The position numbers and the translations under genes are program-made. Below the pieces are notes generated by a model, which worked only from the letters and a program-made list of their open reading frames with translations, ran no database searches and was not told the origin of the DNA. A DNA stretch of 64,000 bases from Candidatus Latescibacterota bacterium (GTDB lineage: Bacteria; Latescibacterota; UBA2968; UBA8231), in the NCBI GenBank assembly GCA_965217585.1, contig OZ244561.1:5760001-5824000 (forward strand), in the 5' to 3' direction. This document shows, in pieces, positions 19,424-27,902 of this stretch (its first letter is position 1; each line of letters opens with the position of its first letter).

Positions 19424-19667
19424 ATAACTTGTCATATTGAGTGGTTAGTGTACAGAGTTTCATGACAGTAAGGTCAAATTCAGAGGGGTTATGACTACCC
19501 TCATCGAAAAGTACTAGAATGATCCCCTCTGAAGAAGCAGCAAATAGTCAAGTCACCTATGAGATCACGTCAACTAAATGAGATGTCTTATTGACCTCTG
19601 TATTTATAATGGAATGGTGCCTCATTCTTGCTTCGACCCAGACCGTATTCCTTTAGCTATGCAGTCC

Positions 19668-20195
19668 TCAATAGATTGCATTTTTTTCTACCATGCGAAG
19701 TGCCGCCGTGACCACGACTATCGCGTCTTCCTCCACAACACTGTAGAATGACTTATGCTCAGTAATCGCCCGGAATTCCACACTTTCTTCATGCCTCGGC
19801 CTACGAAAGTGAGCGTAGATATTCCGGGTCCTGCGAAGGTTATCTAGGTGCTGATACTCGCTAGTAACAAGCAGACCATGGGTATGTGCTTCTTTCAGTA
19901 GCTTCGAGATACCTGCACGTTTAAGGTCGTTACGGCCCATTGCGTGGAACAACGCCGCAAGAGTTCGTTCAATGTATGTGAGGCCCAAGATAGTTGTCGC
20001 CAAGAACTGGCCGTAAACAAAACAATATCTCATCTCTTCGAAAAGGCTCTTGGCCAGCAAGCCACCGGGAAATGCCCAATACACCGCTTCCGGCGAATTA
20101 TCAATCAGCCAATTGAGCCGCGAAAGCCTGTCTTCGCGACATCGAGTATCTTCAGTATCTAGCCAGTTCGAGGTGGTTGAAGCTTTCTCTGACAA
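19668..20195 (-). CDS. hypothetical protein with HEPN-like RxxxxH motif
   Basis: Early helix YIE..L and RNIYAH near the C-terminus. SD GGAGG before a TTG start. Confidence 0.55.
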   Translation of the reverse strand: MSEKASTTSNWLDTEDTRCREDRLSRLNWLIDNSPEAVYWAFPGGLLAKSLFEEMRYCFVYGQFLATTILGLTYIERTLAALFHAMGRNDLKRAGISKLLKEAHTHGLLVTSEYQHLDNLRRTRNIYAHFRRPRHEESVEFRAITEHKSFYSVVEEDAIVVVTAALRMVEKNAIY

Positions 20196-20317
20196 CTCGT
20201 GACCTCCTTCTGTTTCGAAACATCTTCGACCATCAGCTTGGCTGCATGAACCTTATGCCGTAGATCTCACTCGCTGCGGCTGAGGCGAAGCTCTCGGCGA
20301 GACCCTAGCCGAGCACA

Positions 20318-20404
20318 TTAGCCGAGCACATAGTCCTTCTCAACGACATGAGGCAGCAAGCCAAGGGTACCCGCGATATCGAGAATTTCGCGGCGGTCGA
20401 TCAT
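20318..20404 (-). pseudogene. AbiEii-type nucleotidyltransferase toxin, truncated after 28 codons
   Basis: ATG overlaps the antitoxin TGA. Reads MIDRREILDIAGTLGLLPHVVEKDYVLG*; EKDY is the AbiEii N-terminal motif. A 13-bp tandem duplication sits at the break. Confidence 0.75.
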
Positions 20405-21207
20405 GCGGACGCTGCCTTGGCCCAGCTCTCAGGCATAAAGAGACGCCATCGGGATATGAGGCGGCGGCATGAAAGCCCCGGGTCAAGTTTGGCGTTGCCT
20501 TGGGTCAGACGCGCACGGCACGCCTCAACAAGGGCGGTAGTGCCGGATCCGCGTTCTGCCAGAAAGCCTAGGCGCTTGAACACGGCACCATTACCGAGCC
20601 GGTCTGCATAGGCAATCAGCTTGTCATCATCCCTGTCCTTGCGGTCGAAATAGATCGTAAGGCAGTCGGCAACATGCTGGATACCAGCTCCGAGGTCCGG
20701 ATTGTCGATCATGTCGATGATGGTGCGGTGAACGTCCGATACGGCGATCTGGGTTCTTCCACGCCATACGGTCTTCGTGCCGAAGATCATACCCTGCCGG
20801 ACATGCTTTAGGGTGAAGTGTGCGCCATGACGTTGCTGGCTTTTCGCACGCACGGCCCGCGCTGTCATCACAACGATGTCGCGGAAGATCTGCTCCGTCA
20901 GATCCCAGTGTTCGGCAGCAGTCCGGCCGCCGATGTAGGCCGGCTTAAAGAGCGCAGGTACCAGCACCCAAGGATCATCAAGAACCTGCTCGCTGGTAAG
21001 AGAGTCAAGGCCAACTGGTACGTAGGCACCTGGGCCGACGCGCCGCAGCCAGCCCTGCCCGCTCCAACGGGAGAGTAGCTTAGCGGCGTCGGAACGGCTA
21101 ACGCCAAGGGCATGTTCAGCATCGGCGATATGAATGATGTCGCCGGATGCCCGAATAACGGCGACCAACCTGCGGCGTCCCTTAGGTATGGCGATCTCTG
21201 AGCTCAT
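20401..21207 (-). CDS. type IV TA AbiEi family antitoxin / transcriptional regulator
   Basis: wHTH N-terminus (LSRW...GWLRRV..GAY). Motifs YIGG.TA..HW.LT.QI, SD..RT.ID and KRLGFL. Confidence 0.85.
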   Translation of the reverse strand: MSSEIAIPKGRRRLVAVIRASGDIIHIADAEHALGVSRSDAAKLLSRWSGQGWLRRVGPGAYVPVGLDSLTSEQVLDDPWVLVPALFKPAYIGGRTAAEHWDLTEQIFRDIVVMTARAVRAKSQQRHGAHFTLKHVRQGMIFGTKTVWRGRTQIAVSDVHRTIIDMIDNPDLGAGIQHVADCLTIYFDRKDRDDDKLIAYADRLGNGAVFKRLGFLAERGSGTTALVEACRARLTQGNAKLDPGLSCRRLISRWRLFMPESWAKAASA

Positions 21208-21454
21208 GGCATGTATAGTTATACTGCAAAAAATCGCTTTTTATGTGAATTTTCGTCTATATAATACCTAATGGACGAATTCTCGCAAGAAGACCGTCAA
21301 GCGTACATGTCATCTACCAAGGACAGGCAAATCACAAATTCTTCGACAGCGAGGAAATTTATCTGATGTTTTGGCTACATTTTCCACCCGATAAGGTTGG
21401 CCTCCAGCATAGGCATGTATATCGTCTATACACACACCTATAGAAAAGGAGTAG

Positions 21455-21715
21455 GTGAAAGTGGCCAGAGTTCAGCTAGTGATCCCCGACGAGGACCGTG
21501 ACCGCTTCATCCATCAGGCGCGGAGCGAGGGCATGACCTTGAGCGAGTGGCTCAGGGCCGCCGCCCACCAGCGGCTCGAAGAACAGCAGCGATCCCACCC
21601 CTTCGAATCCCCAGCCGACCTCGAAGAGTTCTTCCGCGCCTGCGACGCGTTGGAAGGTCCCGAACGAGAACCGGATTGGCAGGAGCACTTGGCCGTCATC
21701 GACAAATCGCGGTAG
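21455..21715 (+). CDS. ribbon-helix-helix (VapB-like) antitoxin, orphan
   Basis: SD AAGGAG. Sequence RVQLVIPDE......A..EGMTLSEWLR.AA. Small inverted repeat TGTATA-N5-TATACA at 21416-21432. No PIN toxin follows. Confidence 0.65.
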   Translation: MKVARVQLVIPDEDRDRFIHQARSEGMTLSEWLRAAAHQRLEEQQRSHPFESPADLEEFFRACDALEGPEREPDWQEHLAVIDKSR

Positions 21716-21763
21716 GCACGCTTCTCAACCGCGCCGACAGATATCTTCGGCAGCGACTATATA

Positions 21764-21812
21764 CAATGTGATTTGGGGATCGTCCTCATACGCCGCATCT
21801 ATTTGAACCAGA
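21764..21812. repeat. 49-bp direct repeat, left copy (right copy 22810-22858)
   Basis: CAATGTGATTTGGGGATCGTCCTCATACGCCG(C/A)ATCTATTTGAACCAGA, 48/49 identical. Confidence 0.92.
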
Positions 21813-21864
21813 TAGCAACTTGACTTTCTCCGGACTGTTGCCTTTGGGCGCACGGAGCCGATAA

Positions 21865-21896
21865 AAAAGAGCGAGTCAAAAAAGACTCGCTCTTTT
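21865..21896. terminator. bidirectional intrinsic terminator
   Basis: Perfect stem AAAAGAGCGAGTC-AAAAAA-GACTCGCTCTTTT with A/T tails, located between convergent genes. Confidence 0.8.
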
Positions 21897-21931
21897 CATT
21901 TCAACGATTCCTCGTAACGAGGCAGTTTCAG

Positions 21932-22300
21932 TCAGTCCTCAAGTCCAGCAACATTGCGAAAACGATGTCGTCCCGTCTCAACAACGACAAATGCCTCTTT
22001 GAGTTCTGGTTCGGAGTACGTTTCTAAAACGCGTTTCAGTTCCTTGTGAACCGCAGATAGATTTGTGGGATTAAGCCGCAGATAGATGACCCCTGAGCCT
22101 GCACGGGAAATAAACACAAGACGACCAAAATCTCTATCTCGGGTTACAAGAAGCCTGTCATCGTTACGCGCAACACGCAACAATTCACTATCGTCGGTTT
22201 GTCCATGTCCCGATGTACCAGCGGTGACGACATCATGCCCAAGGTCTTCGAGAAATCGAGCTGTAATCGCATAGACGTCGTGATCGAGAAATAACCTCAT
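21932..22300 (-). CDS. DUF5615 family PIN-like toxin
   Basis: Motifs MRLFLD, GHDV, D..LL..A....R.LVT.D.DFG and GVI.LR. Confidence 0.85.
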   Translation of the reverse strand: MRLFLDHDVYAITARFLEDLGHDVVTAGTSGHGQTDDSELLRVARNDDRLLVTRDRDFGRLVFISRAGSGVIYLRLNPTNLSAVHKELKRVLETYSEPELKEAFVVVETGRHRFRNVAGLED

Positions 22301-22305
22301 CGCAC

Positions 22306-22542
22306 CTATGCAATATGAATATCTTCGACCTGCACCACTTCAATCGCATAGTGAATACAGGCGCGAATGTCGTCTTCTTGAAGGTCGGGAAAATAATCAG
22401 AGAGAATCGTCTTAAACGAGATCCCCTCACGCACTAATTCGAGAACGTCAACCACGGGAATCCGAGTGCCTGCAACACAAGGCTTACCAAAATGAATTTG
22501 CGGATCAACCGCAATCCTGCTTCGATAATTTCCATTGTTCAT
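22306..22542 (-). CDS. DUF433 family antitoxin
   Basis: RIAVDPQI.FGKPCVAGTRIPV..VLE......I...YFP.L..EDI.AC..YA. Confidence 0.9.
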   Translation of the reverse strand: MNNGNYRSRIAVDPQIHFGKPCVAGTRIPVVDVLELVREGISFKTILSDYFPDLQEDDIRACIHYAIEVVQVEDIHIA

Positions 22543-22809
22543 ATCGCTTAGACTCCAATGTAACTTTGTCCCGTTTTTTAGGACTAAGGTCTCCGCCTGC
22601 CTTCAATCTCTGGATCGAAATCGGGTTTCGCAAAAACTCCAAGACTAGTTTTTAGGCTATCTTGATTATTTCAAGCAAGATAGACCAAAGCCAAAACGGT
22701 GTCAAACATATCGTAGCGGTCTTGTAGTCCGGCCCCAAGCGTTTGCACAACTAGCGGATCCATTCGTTCAAACGGCCGCGTCTACAGATATTCTCGTCAA
22801 TGGCTATTT

Positions 22810-22858
22810 CAATGTGATTTGGGGATCGTCCTCATACGCCGAATCTATTTGAACCAGA
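22810..22858. repeat. 49-bp direct repeat, right copy
   Basis: See 21764-21812. Looser similarity extends about 35 bp further upstream in both copies. Confidence 0.92.
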
Positions 22859-22989
22859 CGCTCTAAAATCAGACAGAACAACCCGAACAGATACTTTAGC
22901 AACTCAGTCTCTGTGATAACACCGGCGCATTCAAAATGCAACTCATCAACGCCTTCAGGAAAATCAGTACTAGACCAGCCTTCATCTAC

Positions 22990-25134
22990 TCATTTTTTCC
23001 TCCAATGCTGAAGTTGAAAACCAAAGCGTGCATGTCGCCCAGCGGCTGGGTAGAAGTAGGTATGGCCACTTCCCGATGCGTCGGGATACCCCGTTGTACT
23101 GTAGGATTGACCAAAGATATTGAATACGTCAAATGTAGCGGCAACTATACCCACTTTATATTTGAGCCGAACATCCACAGTGCTATAGTTGGGCAGTGTA
23201 ATCGCATTCGCGTCATCGAGAAAAATGCGGTTCGACGATTTAATGACGATGCTCCCACCCAAGCCGGACTTATGGGCAGCGTTGACACCGCCGTAGATCA
23301 CATCACGTGGGATTGCCTTCAAGAATTTGCCTGCATACTCGCCAATTCGAGATTTAGCGGCTTGGTGGGTGTAGTTGAGAAACAAATTCAGGTTCTGCTT
23401 CATCGTAAGCCTGAGACCAGTTTCAACTCCCTGATGGCGGCTTTTGCCGATATTCACGTACTTGAGCTGCTGAAGGTCAAAATCCAGCTCATCCTGCATG
23501 TCCATGGTATATGCTGCGAGCGAAAATTCGCCGTAGAGGTTCGGGGACAGCACCGCGCGATGATAACCGCCCACCTCGATAGATGTCCCAAACTGCGGAT
23601 TTAGGTCACCGCTTGAAAGCAAAACTTTGAACGGGGGATCTGGCGGGACTTGAAAGATGATTGAACGCTGGTCATAGAGCTGATCCAGTGTTGGAGCTTT
23701 GAACGATCGCGCAACGTTGGCGTATAGGTTGCCGATATGCCGCTCCGTTTTTACATAGCGGAAATTCGCTCCCGCTTTTGGACTTAACTCCGAGTGAGTT
23801 GTTGATTGTTCCTCCCCTTCACTCGGCGATTTAGGGGTAAACCGATCGCGAATTATATCGGCGCGCACTCCCAAGATGACGCGTAGTGTTTGCATCGGCG
23901 TAAGTTCGTACTGCAGGAACCCAGCAGCCGAGCGTCGAGTGCTAGCTCCCTTTTCCGCCAATTCGCCGCGCGCAACGGAATTCATCTCACTATAGTCAGC
24001 CAGTCCGCCAAGGAGGAACTGATAATACTCAGACGAGAGCGAATGCACTCCCGCGTCCATGCCAAGAATGAGGCGATTTTTTCCGGGAAGCCCTAGTTGG
24101 TCGAACGTCAGTTGCAGCGAACTCGTGAGGCGTGAGGCCGTAAGTAAACGATTCTTGGTGTCGGCAAATTCGGGGCTCAGTTGCAGGGTCCTGACCGCAT
24201 CGGAATCGCGAATCTCTCCGGCAACCGCGCCGGAGAATTTGGCCCTATCGCGAAGATTATAATCACCTGTTATCGCCGCACGATGCGTTTGGTCGGTGGT
24301 ATGGTCAAATTTGTAGAACGGTGTTGACTGGGAGCGGGAGTTGTCTAACTCAGCGCCAGTCAACGGGCCGGGTTCGTCAAATTGCTGGAAGTGATGCGTT
24401 GTTGAAACGGCAAGTGAACCGTTGGGTTTTTGCAGTAGCGTAAAGGAACCCCCAAGATTTTCTGCTGTGCGGTCAGCATGTTCTCGAAACCCAGTATGCC
24501 GCTCCCCCGATCCGAATGCCACATACTTGCGCCCATTCCAAAGACCGCTTGTTCGCGCCTGTCCGCCCAGGGACCCAAAGTTGCCACCAGTTACTGAAAT
24601 CTGCGTTAGGGGTGCATGATCGCCAGAGGTGACAACGTTGACAACTCCACCAATCGCAGAATCGCCGTACAGCGAAGACGCGCCCCCGCGCAGAAATTCA
24701 ATTGAGCTAATACTTGCAAGCGGAATGGCATTCCAATTCATCAACCCTTTCTCAAGCTCATTGATCGGCCTTCCATCGATCATAATCAGCAGATACTCCG
24801 CTTCGCCACCACCGTAAAAACCGCGCAGCGTTGCCAACGGATCGCGCCCTAGCCCATCGCGGTTCAAAAACGAAATTCCCGGCAAAGTTTCCAGCGCAGC
24901 GGCGAGATTTTTTAGTGGCAATAATTCCATCTCAGCGCTGGTACGCACCGACACAGCAGCGGTAGATGCAAGAAGCGAGTTTTCCATCCGCTCCGCGGTA
25001 ACAACCGTTTCTTCAAGTTGATAAATCCTGTCAGAATCATCCTGTGCAACCGCACGGTCTAGGAAAACCAGCGATAATTGATTCAAGATACAGATGGCAG
25101 CCAAGACGAATAAACTGAGACGCAGATTAAACAT
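22990..25134 (-). CDS. TonB-dependent outer-membrane receptor
   Basis: Signal peptide, TonB box LEETVVTA, plug motifs LRG...L..IDG.P and IE.LRG..SSLYG..A.GGVVN, barrel motifs RSFKAPTL.QLY and N.F...Y. Confidence 0.92.
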   Translation of the reverse strand: MFNLRLSLFVLAAICILNQLSLVFLDRAVAQDDSDRIYQLEETVVTAERMENSLLASTAAVSVRTSAEMELLPLKNLAAALETLPGISFLNRDGLGRDPLATLRGFYGGGEAEYLLIMIDGRPINELEKGLMNWNAIPLASISSIEFLRGGASSLYGDSAIGGVVNVVTSGDHAPLTQISVTGGNFGSLGGQARTSGLWNGRKYVAFGSGERHTGFREHADRTAENLGGSFTLLQKPNGSLAVSTTHHFQQFDEPGPLTGAELDNSRSQSTPFYKFDHTTDQTHRAAITGDYNLRDRAKFSGAVAGEIRDSDAVRTLQLSPEFADTKNRLLTASRLTSSLQLTFDQLGLPGKNRLILGMDAGVHSLSSEYYQFLLGGLADYSEMNSVARGELAEKGASTRRSAAGFLQYELTPMQTLRVILGVRADIIRDRFTPKSPSEGEEQSTTHSELSPKAGANFRYVKTERHIGNLYANVARSFKAPTLDQLYDQRSIIFQVPPDPPFKVLLSSGDLNPQFGTSIEVGGYHRAVLSPNLYGEFSLAAYTMDMQDELDFDLQQLKYVNIGKSRHQGVETGLRLTMKQNLNLFLNYTHQAAKSRIGEYAGKFLKAIPRDVIYGGVNAAHKSGLGGSIVIKSSNRIFLDDANAITLPNYSTVDVRLKYKVGIVAATFDVFNIFGQSYSTTGYPDASGSGHTYFYPAAGRHARFGFQLQHWRKK

Positions 25135-25285
25135 AAATGCAGATCCTCTGGCAGAGCATCGCTCTATTCCCGGTACGATTCAATCTGAAAACGACGCCTT
25201 TTCCGACGCCCCAAACTATTGCAGATTAGATTATAGATTATAGCTCGCAACGGCTTACTCTAACTCTAACCCAAAATCCAAACTC

Positions 25286-26683
25286 ATGCACCTACCGCTC
25301 CTCCGCGCCGGCCAGCCCTACACCAGCCTCGACCGCCTCGCCGTCGCCCACATCGCCACCGGCCAACCGCTGGCCCAAGTCAGCCAAGCCAACCGTGGCT
25401 TGATCGCCCGCGACTTAGCTGCCCAAGAACGCAACCACCAGGTACTGCAAGCCCTCACCGTCGCCGAATTGGTCGCCATCTCCCAACGAGCCGCCGACCT
25501 CTTCTTGCGCGCCGAGTTGCCCTTAGGCGACAGCACCCAAACCCCAGACGACTACGTCGCGCAAGTCTCGGCCACCACCGGCCTACCGCAGTCGCTAGCC
25601 CGCGCCAACATGGACAAAATCCACCGCGTCGGCGTCGAAATGCCCGCCGTGCTCAGCGGCCTAACCCGAGGCTTGGACCTGACCATCCTCGACGACGGCC
25701 CAAGTCCGCTCCACTTCGTGCCCCACGCCCACGCCCTCGGCTGCATCCTACCGAGCAACTCGCCCGGCGTCCACGCACTGTGGCTACCGGCCATCCCGCT
25801 CAAGACGCCGCTGGTGCTCAAGCCAGGCCGCGAAGAGCCGTGGACTCCTTACCGCATCGCCCAAGCCCTAATCGCGGCCGGCTGTCCACCCCACGCCCTG
25901 AACTACTACCCAACCGACCACGGCGGCAGCTCCGAAATCCTGCTCCGCTGCGGCCGCTCCCTGCTGTTTGGCGGTGGCGCTACCGTTGCCCCCTGGCGCG
26001 GCGACCCCCGCGTCCAACTGCACGGACCAGGGCGCAGCAAGATCGTCATCGGCGCGGACAAAATCGACCAGTGGGAGCACTACCTCGACCTCATGGTCGC
26101 CTCAATCGCCGCCAATGGCGGCCGCTCCTGCCTCAACGCCTCTGGCATCTGGGTGCCCGCCCGCGGACGCGAAATAGCTGTCGCCCTCGGCGAGCGTCTG
26201 AGCCAAATCCAAGCCCGCCCCCTCGACGACCCCCAAGCCCAAATCGCCGCCTTCCCCAATCCTGCAGGAGCGCGCCAGCTCTCAGCCCTAATCGCCGCCC
26301 AGCTCGGCGACGCGGCTCAAGACACAGCTAGAGACCAGGGCGAACGCATCGCCGAGATCGGCGGCTGCACCTTCCTCAACCCGACCTTGATCCACACCCC
26401 CGACTGGCAACATCCGCTCGCCAACACCGAATATCTCTTCCCCTTTGCCGCAGTCGTCGAAGTCCCGCAAGAAGAAGTAGTCACGCGCATCGGCCCGACG
26501 CTGGTAGCTACCGCTCTCACCGAGGATGAGTCCCTAACGCACCAACTGCTCGCCACGCCCCACATCGAACGCCTCAACCTCGGTCCGATCCCCACCCACC
26601 AAATCGCTTGGGATCAGCCGCACGAGGGCAACCTCTTCGACTTCCTCTACCAGCAACGCGCCTTGCAGCGCAGAGCCGGATGA
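25286..26683 (+). CDS. aldehyde dehydrogenase-superfamily protein (EhpG/LuxC-like acyl reductase candidate)
   Basis: Motifs LPSNSP, LKPG.EEP, FGG, catalytic Cys in NGGRSCLNAS and E.LFPF. HGPG stands where hydrolytic ALDHs have ELGG. Confidence 0.8.
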   Translation: MHLPLLRAGQPYTSLDRLAVAHIATGQPLAQVSQANRGLIARDLAAQERNHQVLQALTVAELVAISQRAADLFLRAELPLGDSTQTPDDYVAQVSATTGLPQSLARANMDKIHRVGVEMPAVLSGLTRGLDLTILDDGPSPLHFVPHAHALGCILPSNSPGVHALWLPAIPLKTPLVLKPGREEPWTPYRIAQALIAAGCPPHALNYYPTDHGGSSEILLRCGRSLLFGGGATVAPWRGDPRVQLHGPGRSKIVIGADKIDQWEHYLDLMVASIAANGGRSCLNASGIWVPARGREIAVALGERLSQIQARPLDDPQAQIAAFPNPAGARQLSALIAAQLGDAAQDTARDQGERIAEIGGCTFLNPTLIHTPDWQHPLANTEYLFPFAAVVEVPQEEVVTRIGPTLVATALTEDESLTHQLLATPHIERLNLGPIPTHQIAWDQPHEGNLFDFLYQQRALQRRAG

Positions 26684-27807
26684 TCCCCTTCGACTTTGAT
26701 CCGTCCATCCGCGTAGTCTTTGGTGCTGGAACCCTCGACCAGCTAGGCGACCTCGCCAGCGCATTGGCCGGCCCCCGCGCCCTGCTCGTAACCGATCCCG
26801 GCCTCGTCCAAGCCGGCCTCGCCGAACAGGCCCAGCACGCGCTACAAAACGCCGGCTTAGCGACGACTACTTTTTCCGCCGTAGGGGAAAATCCCACGAC
26901 CGAACACGTAGCCGCCGGCGTCCGCCACGCCCGCGTCCACGGCCCCATTGACCTGATCGTCGCCTTGGGCGGCGGCAGCGCTATGGACTGCGCCAAAGGC
27001 ATCAATTTCCTGCTCACCAACAACGGCCAGATGCAGGACTACCAAGGCTATGGCAAAGCCACCCAGCCCATGCTGCCCTCCATCGGCATCCCCACCACAG
27101 CCGGAACGGGCAGCGAGGCCCAATCCTACGCCCTGATTACCTGCGCTGACACAGGTGCTAAAATGGCCTGCGGCGACCGCAAAGCGCGCTTCCACATCGC
27201 CATCCTCGACCCAAACCTGCTGGCCAGCGCCCCCCAGCGCGTCCGCGCCGACGCCGGTATTGACGCCCTCGCCCACGCCGTCGAAAGCTACGTCTCCACC
27301 CGCCGCACGCCCCTCTCGCAGATGTTCGCCCGCCAAGCCTGGCGGCTGCTAGCGCCCCACTACGAAGCAGCCGTCGCTGATCCCCCAAACGCCGCCGACG
27401 CCATGCTTTTAGGTGCCCACCTAGCCGGCACTGCCATCGAAAACTCCATGCTCGGCGCCGCCCACGCCACCGCCAACCCCCTCACCGCCCGCTACCCTCT
27501 CACCCACGGTCGTGCCGTGGCCCTGATGCTGCCGCACGTAATTCGGTTGAATGGAAAAGTAGTGGACGATCTATACGGCGAGCTTTGCGCAGACATCCAA
27601 CTCAACGGCAGCGCCCTCGCGCTCGCCGCATATCTCGAAGAACTGTGCGTTATGGCGGGGCTACCGCGTCGGCTCGCCGATTGTCAGGTCGCCGCAAGCG
27701 ATCTACCCGCTATGGCCCAAGAAGCCGCTGGGCAATGGACCGGTACCTTCAACCCACTTCCCTTGCAAGCAGCGGACTTTATGGAGCTTTACGAGATGGC
27801 GTTTTGA
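26680..27807 (+). CDS. iron-containing alcohol dehydrogenase
   Basis: ATGA overlap. Motifs ALGGGSAMDCAK, PTTAGTGSE, DALAHAVESY, HATA and HG. Confidence 0.92.
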   Translation: MIPFDFDPSIRVVFGAGTLDQLGDLASALAGPRALLVTDPGLVQAGLAEQAQHALQNAGLATTTFSAVGENPTTEHVAAGVRHARVHGPIDLIVALGGGSAMDCAKGINFLLTNNGQMQDYQGYGKATQPMLPSIGIPTTAGTGSEAQSYALITCADTGAKMACGDRKARFHIAILDPNLLASAPQRVRADAGIDALAHAVESYVSTRRTPLSQMFARQAWRLLAPHYEAAVADPPNAADAMLLGAHLAGTAIENSMLGAAHATANPLTARYPLTHGRAVALMLPHVIRLNGKVVDDLYGELCADIQLNGSALALAAYLEELCVMAGLPRRLADCQVAASDLPAMAQEAAGQWTGTFNPLPLQAADFMELYEMAF

Positions 27808-27878
27808 TGAGGAGGAATGAACGTGAGACGACTGCACTAAGACGCAACGGCCACAATATTAAAGCAATGCAGATAAAT

Positions 27879-27902
27879 TTAGACGGCTGGTTTTTCAGCC
27901 AC
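27879..27902 (-). pseudogene. probable stump of a DUF3368 PIN toxin (MAEKPAV*)
   Basis: GTG overlaps the end of the UPF0175 gene. Seven codons resemble DUF3368 N-termini (..AVNASPLI), then a stop. Confidence 0.4.

Noticed and set aside
22936-23604. 222-aa plus-strand ORF
   Set aside because: It is antisense to the well-supported TonB-dependent receptor.
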